Position numbers and translations under genes: made by a program. A stretch of 63,909 bases of DNA from the IMG/VR virus record IMGVR_UViG_3300017700_000715, positions 1 to 63,909 of that record; one strand, written 5' to 3'. The number at the start of each line of letters is the position of its first letter. Within the stretch, counting starts at the first letter, position 1. Under the pieces are notes generated by a model, which searched no databases, was not told the origin of the DNA, and saw only the letters and a list, made by a program, of their open reading frames with translations. This document shows positions 46,851 through 56,449 of this stretch, one piece after another. The DNA is from a virus (taxonomy: Duplodnaviria; Caudoviricetes).

Positions 46851-47179
46851 TATTCTCCGAGGTTCTCAAAGCGACCATCGTTGAATTCTTCAGGTAAACG
46901 ACCGTATAGCTTGCCACCGTCGTCTGCCTGATAGACAGTGATCTTGTCACCTTCCTCGATGACAACGCCACCTTTGGCAGTCTGGAATTCGAGTTCGCCA
47001 AGTTCCAAGTATGTGGTTTGACGTTTCTTGTGCTTCATGTGGCGCTTCCCACGTCTAAGAGCCGTTAAAAGCTCAGGGACAGTGCAGGTCAGGTTCCAAT
47101 CCTCTGGATTGTCGCTGAATGTGCCATCACACAATCCAAAGATGATTTCTGTGAGAGGATCCATTGGACCTGGTTTCAT
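46847..47179 (-). CDS. Hypothetical protein (DUF1653-like C-terminus)
   Basis: VYQA.D.G.LY.R...EF.DGRF. Confidence 0.5.
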   Translation of the reverse strand: MKPGPMDPLTEIIFGLCDGTFSDNPEDWNLTCTVPELLTALRRGKRHMKHKKRQTTYLELGELEFQTAKGGVVIEEGDKITVYQADDGGKLYGRLPEEFNDGRFENLGEY

Positions 47180-47352
47180 GATTTCTTTGCCTTTGCGTGA
47201 TTGACAGTGGACATGTGCTTCATGGTCAACTCGTAAACGATGTGAGGCTGGCCTTCTTCTGACGTCAACTTGTCGGCATGGTCAGTCGCCTCTTTAAGAC
47301 TGAGAAAACCACCCTTGCGATAGGGACCAACGTAGGCGCGAACTTCAAACAT
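47176..47352 (-). CDS. Hypothetical 58-aa protein (not in ORF track)
   Basis: GAGGA RBS; ATGA coupling to next gene. Confidence 0.5.
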   Translation of the reverse strand: MFEVRAYVGPYRKGGFLSLKEATDHADKLTSEEGQPHIVYELTMKHMSTVNHAKAKKS

Positions 47353-47363
47353 GACAGGTTCCT

Positions 47364-47804
47364 CTAGAACGGGATATCGTCGTCCAGTCTATCACTGTTG
47401 CTCTGATGCTGTGAACTAGACGAACGGCTAGACCGACTGTCGTCTTGGTCATTATTCTGGGAACCGCCACCACCACGACCAAACATCTTCATTTGAGCAT
47501 TAAAGCCACTCAGAACAATCTCAGTGATGTAATTCGTCTTGCCGTCATGTTCCCATGACCGGTACTCGACCTGCCCCTCAATGAGGACTTCCATACCCTT
47601 TTGGAGATACTTCTCCATGATCTTCGAGAGATTGGGGTTCATGCACACAATGTTGTGCCATTGCACCTTCTCTTTCTTTTCACCAGTCTGCTTGTCGGTC
47701 CAACTCTCTGAGGTGGCCATGCGGAATTTAGCGATGGTCATGTTTCCGGGAGTGGTAATGACGACATCGGTACCGAGACGGCCGATCAGGGTTACGCGGT
47801 TCAT
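47364..47804 (-). CDS. ssb: Single-stranded DNA-binding protein
   Basis: MNRVTLIGRLG, ATSESW.DK.TGE.KE..QWH, Y.TEIV, DDDIPF tail. Confidence 0.93.
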   Translation of the reverse strand: MNRVTLIGRLGTDVVITTPGNMTIAKFRMATSESWTDKQTGEKKEKVQWHNIVCMNPNLSKIMEKYLQKGMEVLIEGQVEYRSWEHDGKTNYITEIVLSGFNAQMKMFGRGGGGSQNNDQDDSRSSRSSSSQHQSNSDRLDDDIPF

Positions 47805-48079
47805 TTCTTATCCTCTGGGTAAAGGTATTTCAGGTCAGGATGACCTGGAGTCCAAAGACGACGACCATTCTGAACTGAGTGCGCTCTTATGAGCTTAATG
47901 GTGTTCTTTATACCATACTGTCTATACAAGGTGTAAACATCTCGTTCACACCAATCATCAGGACAATGTACAGTAATGTATTCACGCAGCTCTTTGGGGA
48001 GCTGCATGAAATATAGATCTCGTTGATCAACGGTCAGTAGAGACCGCTCATCACCATGTGCATTGTGGTTATCAGCCAT
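47801..48079 (-). CDS. Hypothetical protein
   Basis: Coupled ORF; F..LP.ELR..I motif. Confidence 0.5.
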   Translation of the reverse strand: MADNHNAHGDERSLLTVDQRDLYFMQLPKELREYITVHCPDDWCERDVYTLYRQYGIKNTIKLIRAHSVQNGRRLWTPGHPDLKYLYPEDKK

Positions 48080-48778
48080 TTATGACAGTCTCTTGGTTTC
48101 CTGAGCATTCATGGGTCGGTTGATGTCGACATTCATGGCAGCAGTCGTGCCGGCAAAATCGCCAATAATACCGTGTCCACGATCTTGAAGTTTGGCTTCA
48201 GTACCCTTGGTCGTTTCTTTCACAAAATCATCGATGGCTTTCTGAAGATCGATGTCCAGAGCAAAGGCTTGAACTTTGGGTGCAATAGTGCGCAACCAAC
48301 CCTTACAGAAACCGTCAAGTTCGGCACTCATCTCAGGACCACGAGAATATCCACTGTGGGAGAGTCTTAGAGAGAATGCAGCACGTTCCTTCACCAACTG
48401 GCGCTGAAGAAAAGTCACAGTGTACTCAGCCAAGGGCAGGTTCATTTTGGGACCGATATAGTTGTATCGCGCCCAATAGTCCTTCTTGTTTTTGCTATTG
48501 CCATGTCTGAAAGTGGTCTTGCAGCCAAAAGCATTGCCAATGATGGCAAACAAATTAGCTTCCCAATCCTTGGCCTTAGAAATTGACTGCGTTGACTTGA
48601 TCTCAATTGTCCCGATCTGATGGCGCAGCAAACTGGACTGAGTCAGATTGTGCTCAGCCATGATTTCACTTGCCTTGGCAAGTGCAGCAGCTGCCTCGTT
48701 GGCATTGCTCGAGGTGGACAGATTGAGGAGTTTCTGGATTTTGTCCAGCAGCTTGGAATTATCGGTATTTGCTGTCAT
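48080..48778 (-). CDS. DUF2786-domain protein
   Basis: LDKIQKLL.L..S.N.NEA.AAL.KA..IM..H.L. Confidence 0.75.
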   Translation of the reverse strand: MTANTDNSKLLDKIQKLLNLSTSSNANEAAAALAKASEIMAEHNLTQSSLLRHQIGTIEIKSTQSISKAKDWEANLFAIIGNAFGCKTTFRHGNSKNKKDYWARYNYIGPKMNLPLAEYTVTFLQRQLVKERAAFSLRLSHSGYSRGPEMSAELDGFCKGWLRTIAPKVQAFALDIDLQKAIDDFVKETTKGTEAKLQDRGHGIIGDFAGTTAAMNVDINRPMNAQETKRLS

Positions 48779-48839
48779 GATCGCTCTCCATGAGGGGTGG
48801 CACTTATGGATGCAGGCAATTACGCCTGCAGCTTAAGTG

Positions 48840-49124
48840 TCAGAATTCTTTGCAAATTTTGGAGATTTGCTCATCAGTCAGAAGTTTAAAACAATAATCT
48901 ATGAACTTGCCTGGAGCATTTTGATTGTGCTCATTACATATTGCCACAATCACGGCAATTTGACCTACTGTCAGTGAGACTTTTTCTCCATTCTTGCTTA
49001 TAAAAGCAAGATGATGATTTTGTGGATGCACTAAATTTGCATCGTAGTTATTTGAACTGTTTGCCATTTTGGCAAAATCAAATGTGGTTGTCAGGGTATG
49101 GCGAGTTGTGGTAATATGAGTCAT
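48840..49124 (-). CDS. Hypothetical early protein
   Basis: Conserved promoter, leader and RBS; AT-rich. Confidence 0.6.
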   Translation of the reverse strand: MTHITTTRHTLTTTFDFAKMANSSNNYDANLVHPQNHHLAFISKNGEKVSLTVGQIAVIVAICNEHNQNAPGKFIDYCFKLLTDEQISKICKEF

Positions 49125-49150
49125 GGTCGTTCTCCGTGGTTGATGTTAAG

Positions 49151-49179
49151 ATCCTACGGCGAAACGGGCGGCATGTACA
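49151..49179 (-). promoter_or_regulatory. Early promoter
   Basis: TGTACA-N17-TAGGAT. Confidence 0.8.
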
Positions 49180-49197
49180 CAGGCTTGCGCAACTATT

Positions 49198-49455
49198 TTA
49201 GAGGGAATTACGAAAAGCGTGGCCCTTCTCTTTATCATTATCATCAGCACATTCCTCGCACAGAAAACCACCACCCGTGGAGTAGGCGGCAATCTCCCAA
49301 GTGCACCAAGCCCATGATCGACAGACACAACAATAAGTTGGTCGTGTCATGGGACACCACCAAGATGGAAGTCGGAGACTCCATGACGAGGGTCGCGCTC
49401 TAAAGAGAGTGGATCTCAATCGTTGATACAATTCTTCTCGGGCTCGGGCACTCAT
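49198..49455 (-). CDS. Small Cys-rich hypothetical protein
   Basis: CCVC...CEEC. Confidence 0.4.
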   Translation of the reverse strand: MSARAREELYQRLRSTLFRARPSSWSLRLPSWWCPMTRPTYCCVCRSWAWCTWEIAAYSTGGGFLCEECADDNDKEKGHAFRNSL

Positions 49456-49694
49456 CAGTAATCCACCGGATCATAGCCATGCCAATCGTAAGGAGGCTCA
49501 GCCCCGCAGTGATCGCAGTAGTAAGTGCGATCACCACGTTCGTATTTGTAGTCATGATCAGGACAGCATTCTTCACACCAAGTAGGGCCTTTGGTGTTAG
49601 AGATGTCAGTCTCCTTGCCACAGACTGTGCATTTGAATTCAGTACCTGGCGCCGAGTATTTGGACAAGTTCAGGCTCCCTCTTAAGAAGATCAT
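49455..49694 (-). CDS. Small zinc-finger-like protein
   Basis: CTVC, CEECC, CDHC. Confidence 0.5.
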   Translation of the reverse strand: MIFLRGSLNLSKYSAPGTEFKCTVCGKETDISNTKGPTWCEECCPDHDYKYERGDRTYYCDHCGAEPPYDWHGYDPVDY

Positions 49695-49911
49695 GAACTA
49701 CGTTTCTCATGATATTGAAGTCGGTGCCCTTGTAGTTTTGCTCCAAGAGGGCTTCAATGACATAGGCCTTGTTCTGCTTGTCAGCAGCTTCATAGGTTTT
49801 ATGTTTGGTGCCGTTGGAGTCGATGTACTCTTTGATCGTTACGACTTCGACTTCAGGTACTTTGAGAACAACAGTGATCGTGTCTTCAAGTGCGATGTTG
49901 TTTTCAGTCAT
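49639..49911 (-). CDS. Hypothetical protein
   Basis: ATGA-coupled ORF with AAGGA RBS. Confidence 0.5.
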   Translation of the reverse strand: MTENNIALEDTITVVLKVPEVEVVTIKEYIDSNGTKHKTYEAADKQNKAYVIEALLEQNYKGTDFNIMRNVVHDLLKREPELVQILGARY

Positions 49912-50171
49912 TTTGATTTTCCTTTAACAATGTCGGCTAAGGTCATTCTGCTCTTATGAAGCCAGACAGACTTAAGATCTCCGCAATGGATCCAACTGAC
50001 TTCATATAAAATACCTTCACCTTTCCAGGTGACACCTGTGACGTTGGCTATGAGATCTGTACAGCCATCAATGTAGACTTTTTGGTGAAGTCCAAACTCA
50101 GCAAAGAATGCAAATAAACCAACAGTCACTCGTTTGTCATCAATAGGTCGATTTGAAGGATTATCAGTCAT
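49908..50171 (-). CDS. Hypothetical protein
   Basis: ATGA-coupled ORF. Confidence 0.5.
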   Translation of the reverse strand: MTDNPSNRPIDDKRVTVGLFAFFAEFGLHQKVYIDGCTDLIANVTGVTWKGEGILYEVSWIHCGDLKSVWLHKSRMTLADIVKGKSK

Positions 50172-51082
50172 GGTGTGAGAGCCTTATATTGGGTGAGAGT
50201 GCGTTCGCGGATGAGCATCCCCATAGCCGGATCGCCACGGTAGTGTGGCTCGATCCAGATAACATGCTCTGCTTCTGTGTCTCGGTGATAGCATCGGAAA
50301 TGGCCCAGGACACGGTGATATCGCTTTCGTCCGCCTCCACCTTCCAATGAGCTGTTTCCATCATGAGACTGCCGACTAATAACGCCCATTCTTGATCCGA
50401 GAATTCCAAACCGCATTTTGATGTGGCTGTATTCGAGCAAAGCTGGCTTGTTGTTACGGGCTCTCTTTTTCTGAAGCTGCGGCGAATGTTGAACATCAGT
50501 CTTCTCGATCACCTTGGGTTGCTGCAATAAGAACAATCCAAACAAGCAGCACTTCATGGCAAGGTTCAAGGTCTCTTGCCATTTGCCAAGGTTTACTGTG
50601 GCGAGTTCTTTCTCATCAAGACACCATTGCAACTTGCCGTAGATCTCAGCGTCTGGGTAAGGAGGAGTATGAAGATCATATACAGCAACGACAGTTACTA
50701 CTTTGCTGCCAATATTGCGATCATGCAAAGAACTTACCACATACATTTTGATAGGTAAATCAGTTTTACCTGATGGGCAGATTAATACACCGAGCCTCTC
50801 AAAATAGATCTTGTCTTTATGAAAGACACCTGTGTCCTTCCACTCGACCCAAATATTTTCTGAGGGAAGTCGAGTGTTACGAAAGACCATGTGCATGTCA
50901 ATTTGCTTCTCTCTAATCATCTCGGCAATGACTAGATGAAGAGGCTCTTCAAAAACTATGCGATCTGCATACTTCGCATATTCATTTTTTGATGTGATCT
51001 CGAGAGTCAGCCGATCTATTACCTCTTGGGCAATGTGATGATCAGCTGGTTTTTCGATAAACTGCTGAGCAAGGGTTGTCAT
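50168..51082 (-). CDS. Hypothetical protein
   Basis: 304 aa; C-terminal H.V.GHFR......WI.PH.RG motif. Confidence 0.65.
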   Translation of the reverse strand: MTTLAQQFIEKPADHHIAQEVIDRLTLEITSKNEYAKYADRIVFEEPLHLVIAEMIREKQIDMHMVFRNTRLPSENIWVEWKDTGVFHKDKIYFERLGVLICPSGKTDLPIKMYVVSSLHDRNIGSKVVTVVAVYDLHTPPYPDAEIYGKLQWCLDEKELATVNLGKWQETLNLAMKCCLFGLFLLQQPKVIEKTDVQHSPQLQKKRARNNKPALLEYSHIKMRFGILGSRMGVISRQSHDGNSSLEGGGGRKRYHRVLGHFRCYHRDTEAEHVIWIEPHYRGDPAMGMLIRERTLTQYKALTP

Positions 51083-51280
51083 CAGAGGTACATCAACTTA
51101 TAGCCGACGACAACTGCCCAGCCGAGCCAGACGATAAAGGCAATCCACATGAGGAGCTTTTTCATGACAACCATCCATAGATGATGTAGATTGAAGTCAC
51201 AAAAGCAAAGATCACATAGCCGAAGATAATCAACCACAGGGCTCGGCGTGGGATCTTATCGAGAATGTCCAAAATTCGGT

Positions 51281-51511
51281 TCATTTCGGGAACGCCTTCT
51301 CGAAAGCCTCAACCGGGAAAGCAGGTGGGTCAACTAACACGTCGTTGCCATAAACAACTAATGGAGTCATAGGATGACCTTCACCATACCAAACATTGGC
51401 GTTGTCAGCGCACTTCTGTGCTTCTTCTTTGCTGTTGCAAACAGCATGGATATGCATAATCATACCGGTTGCACGAGATTTATGAACTACGGCATAGCAA
51501 CGCTTGATCAT
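51281..51511 (-). CDS. Hypothetical protein
   Basis: AGAGCGGAG leader/RBS before ATG 51511. Confidence 0.5.
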   Translation of the reverse strand: MIKRCYAVVHKSRATGMIMHIHAVCNSKEEAQKCADNANVWYGEGHPMTPLVVYGNDVLVDPPAFPVEAFEKAFPK

Positions 51512-51536
51512 GGTAGTCTCCGCTCTCTTGGGTTGG

Positions 51537-51824
51537 TTAGGAATTGGCGCGGACGATGGCGCCGGGTTCTTTGGTCCACTTGGGTCGGTCATCTTCGTGA
51601 GCAGCACCCACCCAGATCTTCACAGTTGGCGGCGGCATCTTTTGCTTTAATGCCTGCCTGATGTCTTTGGAAGATGCTGGCTTGACAGCAACGACAAGGT
51701 GGCCCATGCCTGCTTGAAGCATCAGCCCACGAATATCAGCAGCCATGAAGTTCAGCGTCGCATCATTGGTTTGCTTTCCAATGTAGCTGTCGACGATCAA
51801 TTGGAGATGATCTTGAAAGGTCAT
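51537..51824 (-). CDS. Hypothetical protein
   Basis: ATGA coupling; GGAGGA upstream. Confidence 0.5.
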   Translation of the reverse strand: MTFQDHLQLIVDSYIGKQTNDATLNFMAADIRGLMLQAGMGHLVVAVKPASSKDIRQALKQKMPPPTVKIWVGAAHEDDRPKWTKEPGAIVRANS

Positions 51825-51997
51825 TGACCGAAAAATCCTCCCCAATATAGCAACCAGATAATTAGAACTGCATTAAAAAATGCTGCTCCAACATCATAAT
51901 TACTACGTGGTTTTCCATGCTTGATAGCGAACAATATTATATCTGCTGCTATTAGAAATAGCATAATGGCTTGTGGCCAACCAATAGTTAAGGTCAT
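51821..51997 (-). CDS. Small two-TM membrane protein
   Basis: WPQ...KHGKPR..Y......LLYWGGFF. Confidence 0.6.
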   Translation of the reverse strand: MTLTIGWPQAIMLFLIAADIILFAIKHGKPRSNYDVGAAFFNAVLIIWLLYWGGFFGQ

Positions 51998-52154
51998 GGA
52001 TCTTTCCTGTTGATGTAGAGCCAAAAGCCATTGACCTGACGATTGGCAGTGATTACGACCCACCGACGATATGGCGTTTTGAATGCAAACCAACGGGCAT
52101 ACCATGGGGTGAGTTCCCATGGTCCCGCTGAGATCTGGATGTCGGGAGGAGTGG

Positions 52155-52382
52155 TCATTCGAGTTCAAGCTCTGCAAGCAGCTTGTCAGTCAGTTGAACG
52201 GCTCTTTGAACAGCAACGTCATCCTTAACGTGACCATAAGCACCTGGATTTGCCAAGATACCTTGCAAAGCTGCCGTGGCAATATATTCACGCTTGGTGA
52301 GACCACCTTCTGACTTGGCGATTTCACCAACTTTCATAAGGTGTGGAAATGCATTATCTTTTAGGGGATTAACATCTATCAT
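52155..52382 (-). CDS. Conserved phage hypothetical protein
   Basis: GLTKREY.A..ALQG.LAN...AV...D.LLAEL; AGGAG RBS. Confidence 0.65.
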   Translation of the reverse strand: MIDVNPLKDNAFPHLMKVGEIAKSEGGLTKREYIATAALQGILANPGAYGHVKDDVAVQRAVQLTDKLLAELELE

Positions 52383-52645
52383 GGTAGCTCTCCTGGGTTT
52401 CCCACATGACTGCACCAACACAAGGGAGATGCAGGGTATGTAGGAACATACCGTTAAATGCTGTTAACCAGCTGTGCAAGCCATCACGAAAGCCCGGGGC
52501 CATAATGGCTCATCCACGGGAGTTAACATCGGGGCGTTGGGAGCGGGATGCTCTGAAGGCCGTATCCCGTTATCCCTATGGTCGGCCTATTCGGAACTAT
52601 ATGTCATGCACCTGTTCCTTCCAGGGTGAGAAGTTTCAGGGAGTA
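52383..52645 (-). ncRNA. Candidate multi-stem structured RNA
   Basis: Stems 52435-41/52446-52, 52462-68/52522-28, 52479-84/52505-10, and 52544-49/52564-69 crossed by 52557-62/52583-88. Confidence 0.4.
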
Positions 52646-52912
52646 TTACGCCAGTTGCTTCTGACTGACAAGGGCGTTGGATAAGGCGCCATTGGCAAGG
52701 TCAGAGGCAATCTGACGTTCGCGGCGGATGTCCGCGGCGACTTCAGCAGGAGTGAGCATGTGCTCCATGGACTGGCCGAGCACCTTGACACCTGCAACGT
52801 TGCAGGTCGTGGTGAATGCACGAGCATCACCCTGCGTTTCGAAGAGGAAGCTCTTGCACTGGATCATGAGATCCGTGGGAAACTCGACGGTCACTTTGTA
52901 GATGGTCTTCAC
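52646..52912 (-). CDS. Hypothetical early protein
   Basis: Conserved leader and GGAG before GTG. Confidence 0.6.
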   Translation of the reverse strand: MKTIYKVTVEFPTDLMIQCKSFLFETQGDARAFTTTCNVAGVKVLGQSMEHMLTPAEVAADIRRERQIASDLANGALSNALVSQKQLA

Positions 52913-52945
52913 TTTTGGTCTCCGCTCTTGTGGTTGACAAGAGTA

Positions 52946-52974
52946 ATAGTAGTGTGATTTTCAGGCAGCGTACA
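52946..52974 (-). promoter_or_regulatory. Early promoter
   Basis: TGTACG-N17-TACTAT followed by TCAACCAC leader. Confidence 0.65.
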
Positions 52975-52991
52975 CGTCAGATTGTGCCGAG

Positions 52992-53333
52992 TCAGAGTCG
53001 ATATGACTCAGGCTGTTGAACGTAGCCTATGATCATGCGGTAATACACATGGTAGACAAGGCCGTTGACGTCCTCATCAGTGCCAAGGTACTTGAAGCCT
53101 GTGACTGACTCAGGTGACTCAAACTCAATGCCTGTCCAGTACGTTATGAATTCGTATTTGCGGAACTTTTGAGGACTGGGGTCAACCTCAGCCCAGCACA
53201 CAAGATTGTGACCTTTGTTCTGGAAACCCGCCTTTATGATCTTGGCTTCGGCATCTAGGACATGGTGTATGATTGTGCCATGCCCAAATGACGTGAGGGA
53301 ATATTTGTAGATGACTTTTTGCTTAGCTGCCAC
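52992..53333 (-). CDS. Hypothetical protein
   Basis: IYKY...WAEVD...TG...YLGT....LV.HVY pattern of small phage proteins. Confidence 0.6.
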   Translation of the reverse strand: MAAKQKVIYKYSLTSFGHGTIIHHVLDAEAKIIKAGFQNKGHNLVCWAEVDPSPQKFRKYEFITYWTGIEFESPESVTGFKYLGTDEDVNGLVYHVYYRMIIGYVQQPESYRL

Positions 53334-53670
53334 TGAGTTTCTCCACTAATGCTTGTCGAGCGCGTTTTGCTTGCTCGAGCGGTGAATACTTTATATACTC
53401 CTCTTGGGTTATTCCAACAAGAGCGGCTATAAAGCGATGGTAGACCGGTGTGCGGATGACGACCATGTGGTCGCCAAATCTGTTGGTGTAGAAATGTACG
53501 TCAATCTCAAGTTTGCGTACACCTTTCTTTATGAAGTGGGCGCGATCTTGTCTGAGGACGTAGTCATGAAGCTGTTGGCAGGCGACACGTGGGTTGTTGG
53601 TCTGGAAGATGACCTGAACGTTTATGTCACGGAGGAGGTATTTACCGGTGATTTTCGGTGTATATGCCAT
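53323..53670 (-). CDS. Hypothetical protein
   Basis: ORF; start inferred. Confidence 0.45.
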   Translation of the reverse strand: MAYTPKITGKYLLRDINVQVIFQTNNPRVACQQLHDYVLRQDRAHFIKKGVRKLEIDVHFYTNRFGDHMVVIRTPVYHRFIAALVGITQEEYIKYSPLEQAKRARQALVEKLSGS

Positions 53671-53743
53671 AGGAAATATACCGGTAGAATTAAGGCGATG
53701 GATCGGAATGGACACAGACGGTCAGTCTGGCTTGTCAGTCAAG

Positions 53744-54049
53744 TCATATTTTCATTGGATCAATAGGCTCGTCCCTAACATGGGATCCCTTAAACCTAAG
53801 GTAGAAATGATTAGTTGCTTTGCAGGTTGTACACCAAGCCTTTAATCCTTTTGTGGGTATCTTGTTGTAAGTGTCCACAAATCTATTAGGGTTAAGCATA
53901 CTCTCTTTTGGGCCATATGGAGCGTCTCTGAATAGTTTGTAAACGAGATGATCATTGTGACACCGGATATCTGATCCTTTCGGAATGTGGCCATAAACTA
54001 CACTGATTTTTCTCATATCTTTTTCAGAGATATCAATGAGGTTTATCAT
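53744..54049 (-). CDS. Hypothetical protein, possibly zinc-binding
   Basis: C...H and C..C. Confidence 0.45.
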   Translation of the reverse strand: MINLIDISEKDMRKISVVYGHIPKGSDIRCHNDHLVYKLFRDAPYGPKESMLNPNRFVDTYNKIPTKGLKAWCTTCKATNHFYLRFKGSHVRDEPIDPMKI

Positions 54050-54053
54050 GAGA

Positions 54054-54458
54054 TCACCGGGCGTTGATTAGGTCAAACTCAGGATCATCATCATCTTCAA
54101 TATGATCTGGAGCGTCTTCATCATCAACAGAAGTTCCGGTCACATTGATAATTTCTTGTTGTTCTTCTGTAAATGTTGTCTTTGTATTGTAGTTGATCTT
54201 AGTGACGTATTCTTGGCGTTTGATGCCAAGCTTCCAGGTTATCACAAGCTGAATGATGTCGCCACCATTTAAATTGAAAGCCGTAAGGTCAGTGAAGAAC
54301 ATATCAGTGATGAATTCGCTGGGATCTCGAGCTAACTTAGCCACTAGCTTTTTAAGCATGTCTGGCGTATGTATTGGTTTGCCATCGAGGAATAGCTGAA
54401 GTAATAAACCAAGACGTCGATGTGATGAATTGATGGTGGCTTGAGAGTAGTTGGCCAT
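54054..54458 (-). CDS. Hypothetical protein with acidic tail
   Basis: GAGGT RBS before ATG 54458. Confidence 0.5.
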   Translation of the reverse strand: MANYSQATINSSHRRLGLLLQLFLDGKPIHTPDMLKKLVAKLARDPSEFITDMFFTDLTAFNLNGGDIIQLVITWKLGIKRQEYVTKINYNTKTTFTEEQQEIINVTGTSVDDEDAPDHIEDDDDPEFDLINAR

Positions 54459-54460
54459 GA

Positions 54461-55222
54461 CTACTTTACCTCGTAAATGGTGACATTTGGATTTCTGTAT
54501 GGGAGAACAAACCAACGTATAGAAAGCTTCACGAGGTGTCGTTCATCATGCTGGACTGCCACATCTTGGATCTTTAGCCTTCTAACGAGAGCCTCAATCT
54601 TTGGTTTGTTGAACATAATTGCCAAGCGGCAGGCTACCCCACGAGGGTCTTTGGTTCTGTAGGCAAGTTCTTGTGGTGATGTGTTGTAGAAGAGCACATC
54701 AAGGGCTGATATCATTAATCGCTCTTTATTGTACTCATCTTCGGCTATTGGTGTGCGAGCCTGGGCTTTCTTTACACGTTGAGTGGACTGGGCTTCTGAT
54801 GGATCCAGCAAACCGTCCTGGATGCGTTGAGCTTCGAACGCCATTGTATAGAGATCGCGCTTGTATTCAATATGAAGGAGTTGGAAACAGAGGGCAGCGT
54901 AACCCAAGTCCTGAAGCACGATCCTCTTGTCAATGTACTTGACCATTCCCTTCTCTATCAACACTTTGATAGACTTAGGGTGAGTATCTAGTTCTGGGAG
55001 ATAGGGACCTTGGTTGTGCCATTGCTGATACTTGTAGATTTTACCAAGGATCAGGTGTTGAGCTGGAGAGATCTTTAGCTCAGGAGGTATGCGCGTGATC
55101 TTTTGTTCTCTGTGGAAGAGCATCAGATGAGGCTTATTCATGTAAGCTTCATCGACGATGTGTCTAGGCTCTAGGTGCTTGATTTTGGTAATTTCTGGAT
55201 ATAATTTCGAAGGTTCATTCAT
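54461..55222 (-). CDS. Hypothetical protein next to the AT-rich region
   Basis: 253-aa ORF; possible helix-turn-helix segment. Confidence 0.6.
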   Translation of the reverse strand: MNEPSKLYPEITKIKHLEPRHIVDEAYMNKPHLMLFHREQKITRIPPELKISPAQHLILGKIYKYQQWHNQGPYLPELDTHPKSIKVLIEKGMVKYIDKRIVLQDLGYAALCFQLLHIEYKRDLYTMAFEAQRIQDGLLDPSEAQSTQRVKKAQARTPIAEDEYNKERLMISALDVLFYNTSPQELAYRTKDPRGVACRLAIMFNKPKIEALVRRLKIQDVAVQHDERHLVKLSIRWFVLPYRNPNVTIYEVK

Positions 55223-55793
55223 TTAACCTAGCCTCAAAGTCATAGTAAAATTGAATTTTTATACAGTAGTCTATTTCGAGGCTTCGGGTAACAACAATAT
55301 GTGCCATGTTATAAACAAAATTGATAACATATTCGTTGTAAGCTTGGCAATATTTTTTATAGCTATATTTGATTTTATTACATTATTGAAATAGGATATG
55401 CATGTATGGGAGACATTATACTATCCATGTAATTGATTTTATTAGACAATTTTTCCTATATCTGGTATTATATGAGTATGCATCAAATTTTCAAGGTATT
55501 CCCTGTATAGACTTTTTATTTATTCATGTCAGTATTACATTTATTCTCTATCACGTCGACTATAGAATTGTCTCTTTTGCTATAATATCTAATATATAAT
55601 TTAAATAGATATTATATTATAAGTACTTAGAGTATATTCAATAGGTATATTGAATTAAAGTCACCTGGAAAGAATTACCCGAAAACCCGAAATTTGGCTC
55701 ACTTTTCACAAAGAATTGTACATATAAATATCAGTAATGTATAATAAACCACTCAGATCACACTAGTCCTAGAGATCCCTAAGGAACCCACCC
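55223..55793. other. Very AT-rich non-coding region, candidate replication origin or physical genome end
   Basis: About 570 bp between divergent genes; inverted TTCGGGTAA (55283) and TTACCCGAA (55675). Confidence 0.5.
55717..55745 (+). promoter_or_regulatory. Promoter
   Basis: TGTACA-N17-TATAAT. Confidence 0.78.
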
Positions 55794-56003
55794 ATGCTCA
55801 AGATCCCCGGCGCCAGCGGCGCGATCGTGAAGTGCGTCAACAATTCAGATGGATATGAAGACGACTTGGTTGTTGGTGAAAACTATTTTGTGATCTCAGT
55901 AGAGATCCATGGAGACAGTTGCTATCTCAGTGTCATGAGAGATGGTAAAGTTGTACCGGGTTGCCAATCACAACGCTTCATCAACCTGGAGAAGCTGAAG
56001 TGA
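55794..56003 (+). CDS. Hypothetical protein
   Basis: AAGGA RBS; VKCV......L.VG..Y.V motif. Confidence 0.55.
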   Translation: MLKIPGASGAIVKCVNNSDGYEDDLVVGENYFVISVEIHGDSCYLSVMRDGKVVPGCQSQRFINLEKLK

Positions 56004-56449
56004 ACTTCCGCGACACAGGTACAATGATAGCACAGGGCGAGAAACTCCTCGCCCAAGCCTTTCAGGTCGCTGAGTCTGAGAGGTTAAAGAACAGCCGGTC
56101 GCCGGCTAAGATGAGCACAGCATGGCCCGAGATCCTGTTCTCATTATACGACCGCGTCGGCATGACGGCCGATGACCATAGGGCAAGCTTCAATGCCAAG
56201 CAGGTGACAGAGGCTCAGCGCGTCGTTGACATCTTCTCCAAACTGGATTACTCATCCACGTTCAAGAAAATAGCGCTGCGCCGAGCTCGTACCAAGGAGA
56301 CTTGGAAGAAGCTCAGCGAGCGCTTTGGGTACAGCTGGGCAGTCTGTCGTCAGGTTAGTGACGAGATTGTCGTGCACCTTGTGATGGAGGTGCAGCGACA
56401 AGGGGTGGTGACTCCGGTGAGAGTGCCGGAGATGGCTAATGAATTTTAG
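56000..56449 (+). CDS. Putative late transcription regulator (DUF6362-like HTH)
   Basis: AWPE motif; C-terminal W..L...FG.S helix-turn-helix; upstream of terminase. Confidence 0.5.
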   Translation: MNFRDTGTMIAQGEKLLAQAFQVAESERLKNSRSPAKMSTAWPEILFSLYDRVGMTADDHRASFNAKQVTEAQRVVDIFSKLDYSSTFKKIALRRARTKETWKKLSERFGYSWAVCRQVSDEIVVHLVMEVQRQGVVTPVRVPEMANEF

